Below, piece after piece: positions 1 through 8,353 of a stretch of 33,662 nt of DNA. Every line of letters starts with the position of its first letter. The stretch's first letter is position 1. The translations under genes were made by a program, and so were the position numbers. Below the pieces are notes generated by a model, which was given only the letters and a program-made list of their open reading frames with translations, ran no database searches and had not been told where the DNA came from. Origin of the DNA: an uncultured Saprospiraceae bacterium (GTDB lineage: Bacteria > Bacteroidota > Bacteroidia > Chitinophagales > Saprospiraceae); assembly GCA_964419315.1 (NCBI GenBank), contig CAYQRA010000001.1, forward strand, positions 1 to 33,662. Reading direction: 5' to 3'.

Positions 1-490
1 GTCCTTTGGTTCCTTTGAGTACCGGACTGTCTACTTTTCGGATAACCAATAAAGGCGTTTCAACGATGTAAGGATCTGTGGTAGTAGAGGTATTTCCTCC
101 CGCAAAATTTAGGATCAAGGTATTGGAAAAAAGCGTTCCTGCATTGATACAGGTAAGCGCATCACAAGGAGCCTTGATTCGGACATTCATAAAAGCCGTT
201 TGACCTACTGGAATATTGGTCAAATCAAATACGGGATTACTGAGATCACTAATGTTGGATTCTGTAGCCCCAAAAATACTTCCGGGTTCATACTCTACCG
301 CACATGGTAGATTAAGCGTAAGCGTGACATCGGTCAATTCGCTGCCACTATTATTTTGTACGGTAAATTGAAAGGTGGCATTCTCACAGACCGTTAGGTC
401 ATCTGGATTGGTGTATCCGATGACTTGTGAGCTTGAAATAAATGGTATTAATAAAAGACCCGGAAGGAGAAGAAGGATTATACGTTTCAT
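1..490 (-). CDS. Secreted repeat-domain surface protein, N-terminal fragment (gene continues past the left edge of the window)
   Basis: It is absent from the ORF track because it has no stop in the window. I translated the minus strand from the ATG at 490..488: MKRIILLLLPGLLLIPFISSSQVIGYTNPDDLTVCENATFQFTVQNNSGSELTDVTLTLNLPCAVEYEPG... I checked codon by codon down to position 2 and found no in-frame stop. There is a hydrophobic signal peptide. The TVxNxGxxxLTxVxLxxxLP pattern resembles the DUF11/conserved-repeat fold found at the N-termini of very large Bacteroidota surface proteins. Confidence 0.7.
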   Translation of the reverse strand, partial: MKRIILLLLPGLLLIPFISSSQVIGYTNPDDLTVCENATFQFTVQNNSGSELTDVTLTLNLPCAVEYEPGSIFGATESNISDLSNPVFDLTNIPVGQTAFMNVRIKAPCDALTCINAGTLFSNTLILNFAGGNTSTTTDPYIVETPLLVIRKVDSPVLKGTKG

Positions 491-869
491 GCTTTAGGTT
501 TTAACAAAAGAAATTACAAATTCCCGATTCCACAAAACTCAATCAAAGAGCTTTGTAGGGATTATTTTTGGAAATAGAATTTGATTTTCTTTGCAAAAAG
601 GATTCATATTAAATAATATGATAATTTATCCTCTTTTTAAGAAAAATATCTGTTGCATACCGGATAGCGCATAAAGGACAAGTATAAGGAAAAAGTCCTA
701 AAAGCCGTTGCTTGATCCTAGAAATTATTATGATTTTCTGCGTATTTGTTCGATTTGGTATTCAATTCGCTATTAATGTTTGCGAATTGACGGTTCTATT
801 GTTCTTTTTATACTTTGTCGATCCCTGTACACTTTAAGGATTAATAGTGTAGGTTTTTAAATTATATGC

Positions 870-877
870 TACTTTTG
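870..877 (+). promoter_or_regulatory. Candidate Bacteroidota sigma-A -7 box (TACTTTTG)
   Basis: The sequence matches the TAnnTTTG consensus and lies 55 nt upstream of the ATG at 932. I found no convincing -33 TTTG partner, so this is weak. Confidence 0.25.
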
Positions 878-931
878 GGAGCCCGAAATCATTACAAAGA
901 CTAAAATTCTAATAAACTTTACAAAATTAAC

Positions 932-3343
932 ATGAGATCAAATTTATTACTATTCGCTTTTCTTTTCTTTTTCAGTGCGGTCCATTCCCAAGAGAACATC
1001 AATATGAACCTCTTATCTCAGGTCGATTATCCTGAAAATTGCAATGATGTTTGGGGTTATGTGGCGCCAGATGGCACTGAATATGCCATTTTGGGAACGG
1101 TGGAAGCGACTGCTGTTATTAGTCTAGCTGATCCGCTCAATCCGACAGAAGTTAAATATATTCCTGGTACTACCTCCACTTGGAGAGATATGAAAAACTG
1201 GGGAGATTTTGTCTATGTCACTACTGATAGAGGTGCCGACGGCTTGCTCGTTATAGATATGAGTGGCGCACCGACGGACATTACTTTTGAGTATATCAAT
1301 TTGGAAGTAAACGTCAATGGTAATATAAGTGATATTGGCAAATGCCATAATATCTATATCGACGAAAATGGTTTTGCCTACCTGTCGGGATGTGATGATA
1401 TCAATAATAATGCGATAAATAATGGAGGAGTACTGATCATTGATGTACATAGCACTCCTGGCGTACCGGTGCATGTAGGACAAGGTAGAGCAGTGTATTC
1501 TCACGATAATTATGTGAGAGGGGATACGCTTTGGAGCTCTGATATTAATGCGGGGGTTTTTTCTGCTCAAGATGTAAGTGATAAAGATGATCCTGTTGTA
1601 TGGACGACCGAAGCGACGACCTCCAATTTTACGCACAATGCTTGGCTTTCAGATGATGGTGATTTTTTATTTACGACCGATGAAAGACCAAATGCCTTTG
1701 TTGATGCTTATGATGTTTCTGATTTGGACGAGGTGGATCGCTTGGATTCCTACCGACCTAAAGCAACAGAAGGAACGGGAGTGATTCCGCACAATACCCA
1801 TTATGATGATGGTTACATCGTCACTTCTTGGTATACCGATGGAATCATTGTGGTCGATGCCAACCGACCGAACAATTTGGTTCAAGTAGGAGCATACGAT
1901 ACTTATGAGCCCACTGATATTGGTGATGGATTCAGAGGTTGCTGGGGAGCTTATCCTTTCTTGCCTTCTGGTTTGATCTTGGCTTCTGATATTCAAGAAG
2001 GTCTATTGGTCTTTGGAACTACTTATGAACGAGCTTGCTACCTTGAAGGTCAAGTAACTTCTTCGCTCGATGGTTTGCCAATCAATAATGTGTCTGTCAA
2101 TGTACAAGATATTGTAGAAGCAGGAGTCAATTCTGATTTTATGGGAGATTACAAAACGGGATATGCCAATGCCGGAACTTACATGGTCACCTTTACGAAG
2201 TCTGGATATATTCCTAAGACCGAAGAAGCGACTTTGGTAAATGGAGAAGTTACTATTTTAGATGTAGTATTGGAGCCAATGAATACCTTGTCTATAAAAG
2301 TAGTGGATGAAGATAGTGGAATGAATATTCCAAATGGTCTGGTAAAATTCTTCAATAATGCAGATGAATTTAATGTCAATGTTGGAGCAGGAGGGGAAAG
2401 TACCATTGCTTTTGCTTTAGGAACTTATTCGGTTTATGCAGGTGCTTGGGGATACCAAACGAAAAGCATGAGTTTTGATTATGATCCGATGAATAATTCT
2501 TTAGTGATTGAATTGGCTCCTGGTTATAAAGATGATTTTGTTTTGGACTTGGGTTGGGCACAAGACAATATTAATGCTAGCTCAGGAGACTGGGAGCGTG
2601 GAGTGCCAATCGCCACTACTTTCAACGGTGAGTTTAGTAATGTCAATGAAGATATTGAGGATGACCTTGGAGAGGAATGCTACATGACGGATAATAGAGG
2701 TGGCCAAGCAGGGGCTGGTGATGTGGATGGAGGAAGTGTAATTTTGATTTCTCCAGTTATGAACTTAAGCACTTACACAGAACCAACGGTTTCTTATTAT
2801 ACTTGGTTTTATAACCAAGGTGGTGGTGGTACTACTTCCCCAGATGATTCTTTGATCGTTTCTTTGGACAATGGAATGGAAGAGGTCATCCTAGAAGTCA
2901 TCACCGAAAGCAATGGTGCTTGGCGCGAAAAATCGGTATTCAAAGTAGCGGATTTTATTACACCAACAGATAATGTGACGATCCGTTTTCGTACCATGGA
3001 TCAACAGGGATCCGGTCACCTTGTTGAGGCAGGCGTAGATGCGTTTTTGGTAACAGAAGCGGGTACAGTTGGCTCTGATGAGGTAGAAAACCTCGCAAGT
3101 CAATTGAGTGTTTTCCCTAATCCATTTGATAATTCTTTTTATTTGCAGTATGATGTTTCGCTTGAGCAAGCAGAAGCTAAAGTATTGGTATATAATGTTT
3201 TGGGGCAAGAGGTTTATCAGGAACGTTTGGCCAAAAGTGCTGGTACTTTGGAATTGGGAGCGAATTTGCAGAAAGGCATTTACTTTGTGATGATTGCTTC
3301 TAATGATAGTCAAAGCAAGGTGCTGAGAGTCGTGAAGGAATAA
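932..3343 (+). CDS. T9SS-secreted LVIVD-repeat / choice-of-anchor-B-like beta-propeller protein with CarboxypepD_reg-like domains
   Basis: The track ORF is 803 aa and starts at the ATG at 932. The signal peptide is MRSNLLLFAFLFFFSAVHSQ. The N-terminal DVWGYVAPDGTEYAILGT motif plus repeated blade ends (GLLVIDMS, GGVLIIDV, DGIIVVDAN, EGLLVFG) are typical of LVIVD/choice-of-anchor-B propellers. Two carboxypeptidase-regulatory-like beta-sandwiches follow (e.g. GQVTSS...KSGYIPKTEEATLVNGEVTILDVVLEP). The C-terminus (about 3092..3340), LSVFPNPFDNSFYLQYD...KGIYFVMIAS...VLRVVKE, fits the T9SS type A sorting domain. Confidence 0.9.
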   Translation: MRSNLLLFAFLFFFSAVHSQENINMNLLSQVDYPENCNDVWGYVAPDGTEYAILGTVEATAVISLADPLNPTEVKYIPGTTSTWRDMKNWGDFVYVTTDRGADGLLVIDMSGAPTDITFEYINLEVNVNGNISDIGKCHNIYIDENGFAYLSGCDDINNNAINNGGVLIIDVHSTPGVPVHVGQGRAVYSHDNYVRGDTLWSSDINAGVFSAQDVSDKDDPVVWTTEATTSNFTHNAWLSDDGDFLFTTDERPNAFVDAYDVSDLDEVDRLDSYRPKATEGTGVIPHNTHYDDGYIVTSWYTDGIIVVDANRPNNLVQVGAYDTYEPTDIGDGFRGCWGAYPFLPSGLILASDIQEGLLVFGTTYERACYLEGQVTSSLDGLPINNVSVNVQDIVEAGVNSDFMGDYKTGYANAGTYMVTFTKSGYIPKTEEATLVNGEVTILDVVLEPMNTLSIKVVDEDSGMNIPNGLVKFFNNADEFNVNVGAGGESTIAFALGTYSVYAGAWGYQTKSMSFDYDPMNNSLVIELAPGYKDDFVLDLGWAQDNINASSGDWERGVPIATTFNGEFSNVNEDIEDDLGEECYMTDNRGGQAGAGDVDGGSVILISPVMNLSTYTEPTVSYYTWFYNQGGGGTTSPDDSLIVSLDNGMEEVILEVITESNGAWREKSVFKVADFITPTDNVTIRFRTMDQQGSGHLVEAGVDAFLVTEAGTVGSDEVENLASQLSVFPNPFDNSFYLQYDVSLEQAEAKVLVYNVLGQEVYQERLAKSAGTLELGANLQKGIYFVMIASNDSQSKVLRVVKE

Positions 3344-3362
3344 GGCATCTTAGTGCTGTTAT

Positions 3363-3406
3363 AAAAAAAGCTCCATTTCAAATCTCTTGAAATGGAGCTT
3401 TTTTTA
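3363..3406. terminator. Bidirectional intrinsic terminator between convergent genes
   Basis: There is a perfect 12-bp stem, agctccatttca (3369..3380) / tgaaatggagct (3388..3399), with a 7-nt loop. An A7 run lies on the left and a T7 run on the right, so either strand reads a hairpin followed by a U-tract. It overlaps the TAA stop of the minus-strand gene (3404..3406). Confidence 0.8.
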
Positions 3407-5524
3407 TAGTTCTTTTAGGTATCCTTTTTTACCTTTAAAAATGCGTTCCAATAAAGTCTGTTCCTCCTCCGGATCTTCTAAGATATCTGTGGATTCAAAA
3501 ATTTTGGGTGCTTCTTTCCCTTTCTTTTTCTCTACCAAAATCCGATGAGGTTCGCTTTTTTCCACTACGATATATTTATTTTCTGTACTGTTTAAACGAA
3601 GCTGAAATAGGAGGTAATTCCAATCTGCTTTATTCTCTAGCAAGACCACTTTTTTGAAGATCGGTAAAAAGTCTTCTTTAAAAGCGAGCCAACTTTTTTT
3701 CTTTTTGATCGAAAAAAGTATTTCTCCTTCTTTGCCATCTTCTAGCAGCGTATGGGCGCCAATCATTCGATGGTGACCAATGTGAAAATTATTATCAAGA
3801 CTAAAAGATTTGAAACTCGTCACGAGTTCATTGCGGTGATTAGCGCCTTCTAAATGCAAAGGACGCTTATTGATTTCTTCGATCAGAATATTCCTAGGCG
3901 ACTCATCATAAGGCAAAAACAGTCCTTTGAAAAAAGTAGCACCTGCTACAATTATCGGCTGCAAAAAATCTAGTTCGATCACTGGATTGTCTCTAAAAAT
4001 AGATGGGGTACTTTCGTCTGGAAAAGAAGTGAGGTCTTGCGGTAGCCTAAAAGTCTTAAGCGAGGCTTCATTGAGATCAATGACTCTTTTTTGACTTCCT
4101 CCTAAGGTTTTTAACCGCGCATTTTGTAATACCCCAGAACCTACATTATAGCTTTTTCCAAAAACTTCTACGATGGCTTGTTCGCCAGAAAAGGCCACTT
4201 GTAATTTGTCTAAACCAAGTCGTGCATCAAGTACGATTTTTTCGCCATTGCTTGCCGTGGCATTCAATAATTTGTATTTTGCATTTTCCTCAATTCCTTC
4301 GATGTCTATTTCCAAATCAGGAAAGGAAACCGTTTGCTTGGTTTTTTTATAGAATAAAACCTTTCGATCGCCCAGGTCCGCTAGCGCAAGGTACTTGCTC
4401 AAAGCCGGAACTTCTTGGATCGCATGGGGACTAAGACTTCCATCGTTGAGGCGAAGCATTTCTTGCGTGGTCTCATTATAACAAAAATGTTGATCCCCAG
4501 CAGCTAGATTGCGAATGTCTTCACCATTGATACGGATACTTTTTAAGTCGATGTGGGTGATGGGTTCGTTGCTGATATCGGAGAGGTAGAAAGTGGAACT
4601 TTTATGGAGATCCATGTAATGCCTATGATCCGCATGTTGGCATTTTACCAATTCCAATTTTCCAAGTTTAAGATACGTATCAAAATCTACGGAGACCAGA
4701 TGATTGTCGCAGTGTACCACTTCTTGGCTATTGATGTGGAGGACGTACTCTTGTTGATTGCTACTAAAAACCTCATAGCGTTGTGTCCCTTTTTTTTCAG
4801 AGCGCAAATGTTTGCTGATCGGGGTCTTGTGTATTAAAAAAGGCTTTAAGGTAGATTCAATAATAAAACCAGTTTGGTTTAAGCCCAATTGAACTTCTTG
4901 CACTTTTTTATCTTGGTCGATCTGTATGTTTTTAGAACCAATGCCGGTTATTTTTTCGCCGAAATATTGGAGGAGATTTAATTGTAGATCAAAAACCAAT
5001 TTGCCAACTTGAATCAACTGCTTTCCGGTACTCATCCGTATAGCGGCTCCTCGAAAGACCAAGGATTGTTTGCTTGTTTTGCCGGGCAAAGAGATCAAAA
5101 CATCATCTTGCAGAAATACGGTCGATTCCATTCGATTGCCCTCGATATCATACCAATAGCCACGACCATCTTTTCTAAAAAAGCCACCTAGGATGGGATC
5201 AGAATAATGGTCTTCCCAATGTTCTGAATTTTTTATCGGAAGATTATTATAATCTCGATAGTAAAACTGATCTGCCGTTTTTAGAATGATCAATTGATGG
5301 TTTTTGGGTAGAAAAACTTCCTCGATTTCTGTTTTGTCGATCTGATAAATTTTAGGTTTTTTACGAGCTTCCAGACTTTCTTTGTGATAGACCGCACAAG
5401 CTCCTCTTGTGCCCCATACGACCACAATATTTCCAAAAATATGGAAAAAAGAACAAGTCAAATCTCCAATCTTTTGACCCGCTTCCAAGGCAATATTTTC
5501 TTGCTGTTTGCTTTGATTTGACAT
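3404..5524 (-). CDS. Hypothetical 706-aa cytoplasmic protein, translationally coupled to the upstream vWA gene
   Basis: The track ORF is 706 aa. Its ATG (5524..5522) overlaps the TAA stop of the upstream gene (5526..5524) as TAATG. There is no signal peptide or TM segment. Composition looks beta-rich. Two His-rich patches are present: QHADHRHYMDLH (about 4600..4650) and HIGHHRMIGAH (about 3750..3790). I recognise no family motif. Confidence 0.85.
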   Translation of the reverse strand: MSNQSKQQENIALEAGQKIGDLTCSFFHIFGNIVVVWGTRGACAVYHKESLEARKKPKIYQIDKTEIEEVFLPKNHQLIILKTADQFYYRDYNNLPIKNSEHWEDHYSDPILGGFFRKDGRGYWYDIEGNRMESTVFLQDDVLISLPGKTSKQSLVFRGAAIRMSTGKQLIQVGKLVFDLQLNLLQYFGEKITGIGSKNIQIDQDKKVQEVQLGLNQTGFIIESTLKPFLIHKTPISKHLRSEKKGTQRYEVFSSNQQEYVLHINSQEVVHCDNHLVSVDFDTYLKLGKLELVKCQHADHRHYMDLHKSSTFYLSDISNEPITHIDLKSIRINGEDIRNLAAGDQHFCYNETTQEMLRLNDGSLSPHAIQEVPALSKYLALADLGDRKVLFYKKTKQTVSFPDLEIDIEGIEENAKYKLLNATASNGEKIVLDARLGLDKLQVAFSGEQAIVEVFGKSYNVGSGVLQNARLKTLGGSQKRVIDLNEASLKTFRLPQDLTSFPDESTPSIFRDNPVIELDFLQPIIVAGATFFKGLFLPYDESPRNILIEEINKRPLHLEGANHRNELVTSFKSFSLDNNFHIGHHRMIGAHTLLEDGKEGEILFSIKKKKSWLAFKEDFLPIFKKVVLLENKADWNYLLFQLRLNSTENKYIVVEKSEPHRILVEKKKGKEAPKIFESTDILEDPEEEQTLLERIFKGKKGYLKEL

Positions 5525-8163
5525 TAGCGATTCGCTTTAATTTTCCTAAGTTTTTTTAGTTTTTGTTCCTGTTTAAATACTCTTCTTTGCTTTTTATAAG
5601 TCAAACTCATCACATAGACCAGATCGCTGATGGCTTGGCTAAATTTATAGCTTTCTACAAAGTTATCCTTTCCAAAAATTTCTTCCATAAAACTTTGGCG
5701 AGTACCTAGCTTTAGCAAATGATCGTGCCCATTATAAACAGGCGGTCCTTTTCTTTGGTCGGCATCCTCGTCGTCGTCTGCACGCAGAAAAATGCCATTA
5801 ATCGCCAATTTGCCTTCCTCCCTTCTTGCCTGAATATCTTTGTTTAAGGCCTCCTTAGAAATGATGCCCATCGAAGGTTCTCCATCCGTAATGACAAAAA
5901 TAGATTTTAAATGATTAATCTCTGGATTTTCTTTTTCCAAAGCCGCCGAAAATTCATTGATGCGAATATGGCATTGTTTGACCCCTTCTCCTAGGTTGGT
6001 GCCACCACCACCGCCATACAAAATTCCACGATGATGGATTTTAGCTATTTTTTCCAAAACAGAAAAGAGCAAAGAACGATTGGTGTAATTGCTGCTAAAA
6101 TTGGCCCCTTCCATAAAATTAGTGCCAAAAAAATGAAAGGCATCATAAGACTTACGATCCTCCAAACCCAGTACCAAAATATAAAGGATTTTAAATAAAT
6201 TCCGCATCCTAGGATGATTCATCGAGCCAGAACTGTCGAGTGCAAAGGCATTGATTTGCACCACTTCTCCACGGGTAACTTTAGTTCGCAGCGTTTTCAT
6301 GACTTCCCCGCTCATCCATTTGTTTTGATCCTGTACGGTGTCTGGGTCAAATTCAATTCCATCCGTACTGTGTCGAAAGGGATCAAACTCCGTAGATTTT
6401 CGATTGGGTAGGGCAGACTGAAAAATGTTTTTGACAAATCCAATATAGGGACTCACCTCTTTTTCAATTTGCATCATTTCATCCAACCAAAGCTCTTTAT
6501 TTTTATTGGCTTGCGAAGCGTGTTCGATGATGCCATATTCTTTCATCGCATTGATGCGAAAATTAATTCTATTTTTAATCGCTCTAGCTTGGAGGGAAAA
6601 AGCATTGAACCACTCTTCCTGAAAAACAGGGATGGTAAAGGGGGCGTTCAGATTTGTGATTTTTTCCAAATCTTCCATTTCTTCCGCCTCCTTCAGTACC
6701 AGGAGTAACTTATCCAACTTTGCTCTTTCTTGGCTTTCTAAATCTCTGTTTTCTTCAAACTCCTTATGCAATAAAAAACTAACTTCGGGAGATAATATAT
6801 TCCATCTTGGAACACTCCGGCTATCTTGTATTTCCCAACGAATAACCGGACAAGTAAGTGGATTCAAAAGATTGGATAATAGTAGCTCTAAGCGCGCTTG
6901 TGCAAGTTCTTTTAGTAAGGCCAAGGAGTTTAATGTTTTTGCATGCGCTAAGATTTTTTTCCTGCGCTCTTCTGGGATTTCCCACCATTTGATGGCCTCT
7001 TTTACCTGATATTCCAAGGCGGGCGGATGGTATTGAACCAACTCCCTATTGGGCTTTTTATCTGCGGAACTATAGATGCGATCAATGATACTTGATTTTT
7101 CCAAAGAGGCTTGGATTTGCTCGATCTCTGGCTTTTTTTCGGGTGCTTCCTGTAATTTTTCTCGCCTTTCCTCCGGGAAAAACTGTAGTAAGTTTTTTCC
7201 ATGAAAATCATCGAGCAGTTCTTGGACTTTCATTTTTTCGATATCCTCTTGGTAGAGTTGAAAAAATAATTTGGTGATGACCTTTTCGGAATGGAAGGCT
7301 CTATTTTTTTGAGTAAAATTCTTCTTCTTTTTCTTATTGCCCTCTAAGGAATAGTTGAAACCGTATTGGCAATGATGCTGGATGGAAGCGCCAAGTATTT
7401 TCCAAGCCTCCTGAACTTTGGGGTCAGAAATATCGACCAAAGAATTGATAGTGGTATTACTAATGCTTGGGAAAAACGTTTTTTGTAAAGCCGTTTGGAG
7501 GAGTATATAAAACTGTTCGAAGGCCAATTTGTAGCGAAAACCAGAATAATCAATTCGCTCTTCCAAGACAAAAAGAATTGCTTCTTCTTCTAATGGCTTG
7601 GCTTTAACTAAGTTTTTATAAAAGGAAATGGAGTGCCTAAATGTTACCCATAAACCTATAATGGATAAAGGTATTTCCGCATGAATTTTCTGATCTTTAG
7701 TCTCTTTTAATTTTCTGATATAGTCTATCCAGAAAAATTTTTCTTGCAAGAGAAAGGCATAACGGATATAATGGCCTAAGTTTTTATTGGAAAAACGATT
7801 TAATTCAGGAATAGGAAGGAAAAAACCTTTTGGAATTATTTTTTTCATTTGTTTCTTCCAAAAGGTAGGAGTTGGATGAAAACTAGGCTGCAAAATTCTT
7901 TGCAAATCATCATTGGGCGTTGGAGCTGCCTCCTCCATGCCCGGAATAGATTCTTGATCAGATTCCTCTTTCTTAAAGAAAGGTTCATAATTGGCCAAGT
8001 CAATGTGCCAAGCCCAAAAACTATCTGCCTTATCATTTGGATAAAATTCGATGAGTATCTTTTGCTGTTGATACCAAGTGGATTGTACCCTTCTCCAGTT
8101 TTCTGCCCAGCGTCGCTCAGGAGAAGTATTCGGATCTTCAGAAGTTGTTTTAGTTTCTGACAT
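5524..8163 (-). CDS. vWA (von Willebrand factor A) domain protein with intact MIDAS; large helical N-terminal region (CbbO/NorD-like layout)
   Basis: The track ORF is 879 aa with its ATG at 8163..8161. The C-terminal third carries MIDAS motifs in canonical order: D-S-S-G-S-M (DxSxS, 6220..6237), GGGGGTNLGEG (Thr motif) and FVITDGEPS (Asp motif). The N-terminal 630 aa or so are Lys/Glu-rich and helical, with no motif I recognise. Confidence 0.9.
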   Translation of the reverse strand: MSETKTTSEDPNTSPERRWAENWRRVQSTWYQQQKILIEFYPNDKADSFWAWHIDLANYEPFFKKEESDQESIPGMEEAAPTPNDDLQRILQPSFHPTPTFWKKQMKKIIPKGFFLPIPELNRFSNKNLGHYIRYAFLLQEKFFWIDYIRKLKETKDQKIHAEIPLSIIGLWVTFRHSISFYKNLVKAKPLEEEAILFVLEERIDYSGFRYKLAFEQFYILLQTALQKTFFPSISNTTINSLVDISDPKVQEAWKILGASIQHHCQYGFNYSLEGNKKKKKNFTQKNRAFHSEKVITKLFFQLYQEDIEKMKVQELLDDFHGKNLLQFFPEERREKLQEAPEKKPEIEQIQASLEKSSIIDRIYSSADKKPNRELVQYHPPALEYQVKEAIKWWEIPEERRKKILAHAKTLNSLALLKELAQARLELLLSNLLNPLTCPVIRWEIQDSRSVPRWNILSPEVSFLLHKEFEENRDLESQERAKLDKLLLVLKEAEEMEDLEKITNLNAPFTIPVFQEEWFNAFSLQARAIKNRINFRINAMKEYGIIEHASQANKNKELWLDEMMQIEKEVSPYIGFVKNIFQSALPNRKSTEFDPFRHSTDGIEFDPDTVQDQNKWMSGEVMKTLRTKVTRGEVVQINAFALDSSGSMNHPRMRNLFKILYILVLGLEDRKSYDAFHFFGTNFMEGANFSSNYTNRSLLFSVLEKIAKIHHRGILYGGGGGTNLGEGVKQCHIRINEFSAALEKENPEINHLKSIFVITDGEPSMGIISKEALNKDIQARREEGKLAINGIFLRADDDEDADQRKGPPVYNGHDHLLKLGTRQSFMEEIFGKDNFVESYKFSQAISDLVYVMSLTYKKQRRVFKQEQKLKKLRKIKANR
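5674..6261 (-). other. vWA/MIDAS domain of the 879-aa protein
   Basis: Residues about 635-830: VVQINAFALDSSGSMNHP ... YGGGGGTNLGEGVKQC ... SIFVITDGEPSMG. The order and spacing are those of a metal-ion-dependent adhesion site. Confidence 0.8.
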
Positions 8164-8225
8164 AAAGGAGTGTCGGGATTAGCCTTTCTTTTGTAAATTA
8201 ATTTTGCATTCGACTAAGTTATATT

Positions 8226-8233
8226 TATGTTTG
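8226..8233 (+). promoter_or_regulatory. Candidate -7 box (TATGTTTG) in the 190-bp divergent intergenic region
   Basis: The sequence matches TAnnTTTG. A second match, TAATTTTG, lies at 8199..8206. Both are upstream of the ATG at 8354. There is no experimental support and the choice between them is arbitrary. Confidence 0.2.
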
Positions 8234-8353
8234 TTAAAATTCAACAATGTCGAGAATAAAAAGAAAATAAGTAAGTGCTTGGACCAAAGATTTCCTAAAT
8301 TAAACACAATTGACCTTCCTGTCAAAATAAATCGCTATAAAACCTAAAATACA

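Noticed and set aside
4790-4797. Homopolymer tracts inside coding regions (T8 at 4790..4797 in the 706-aa gene; T8 at 26694..26701 in the GT2 gene) as possible phase-variation switches
   Set aside because: Eight-nucleotide A/T runs are expected by chance in DNA of this composition. They are shorter than tracts usually associated with slipped-strand phase variation, and both genes are intact.
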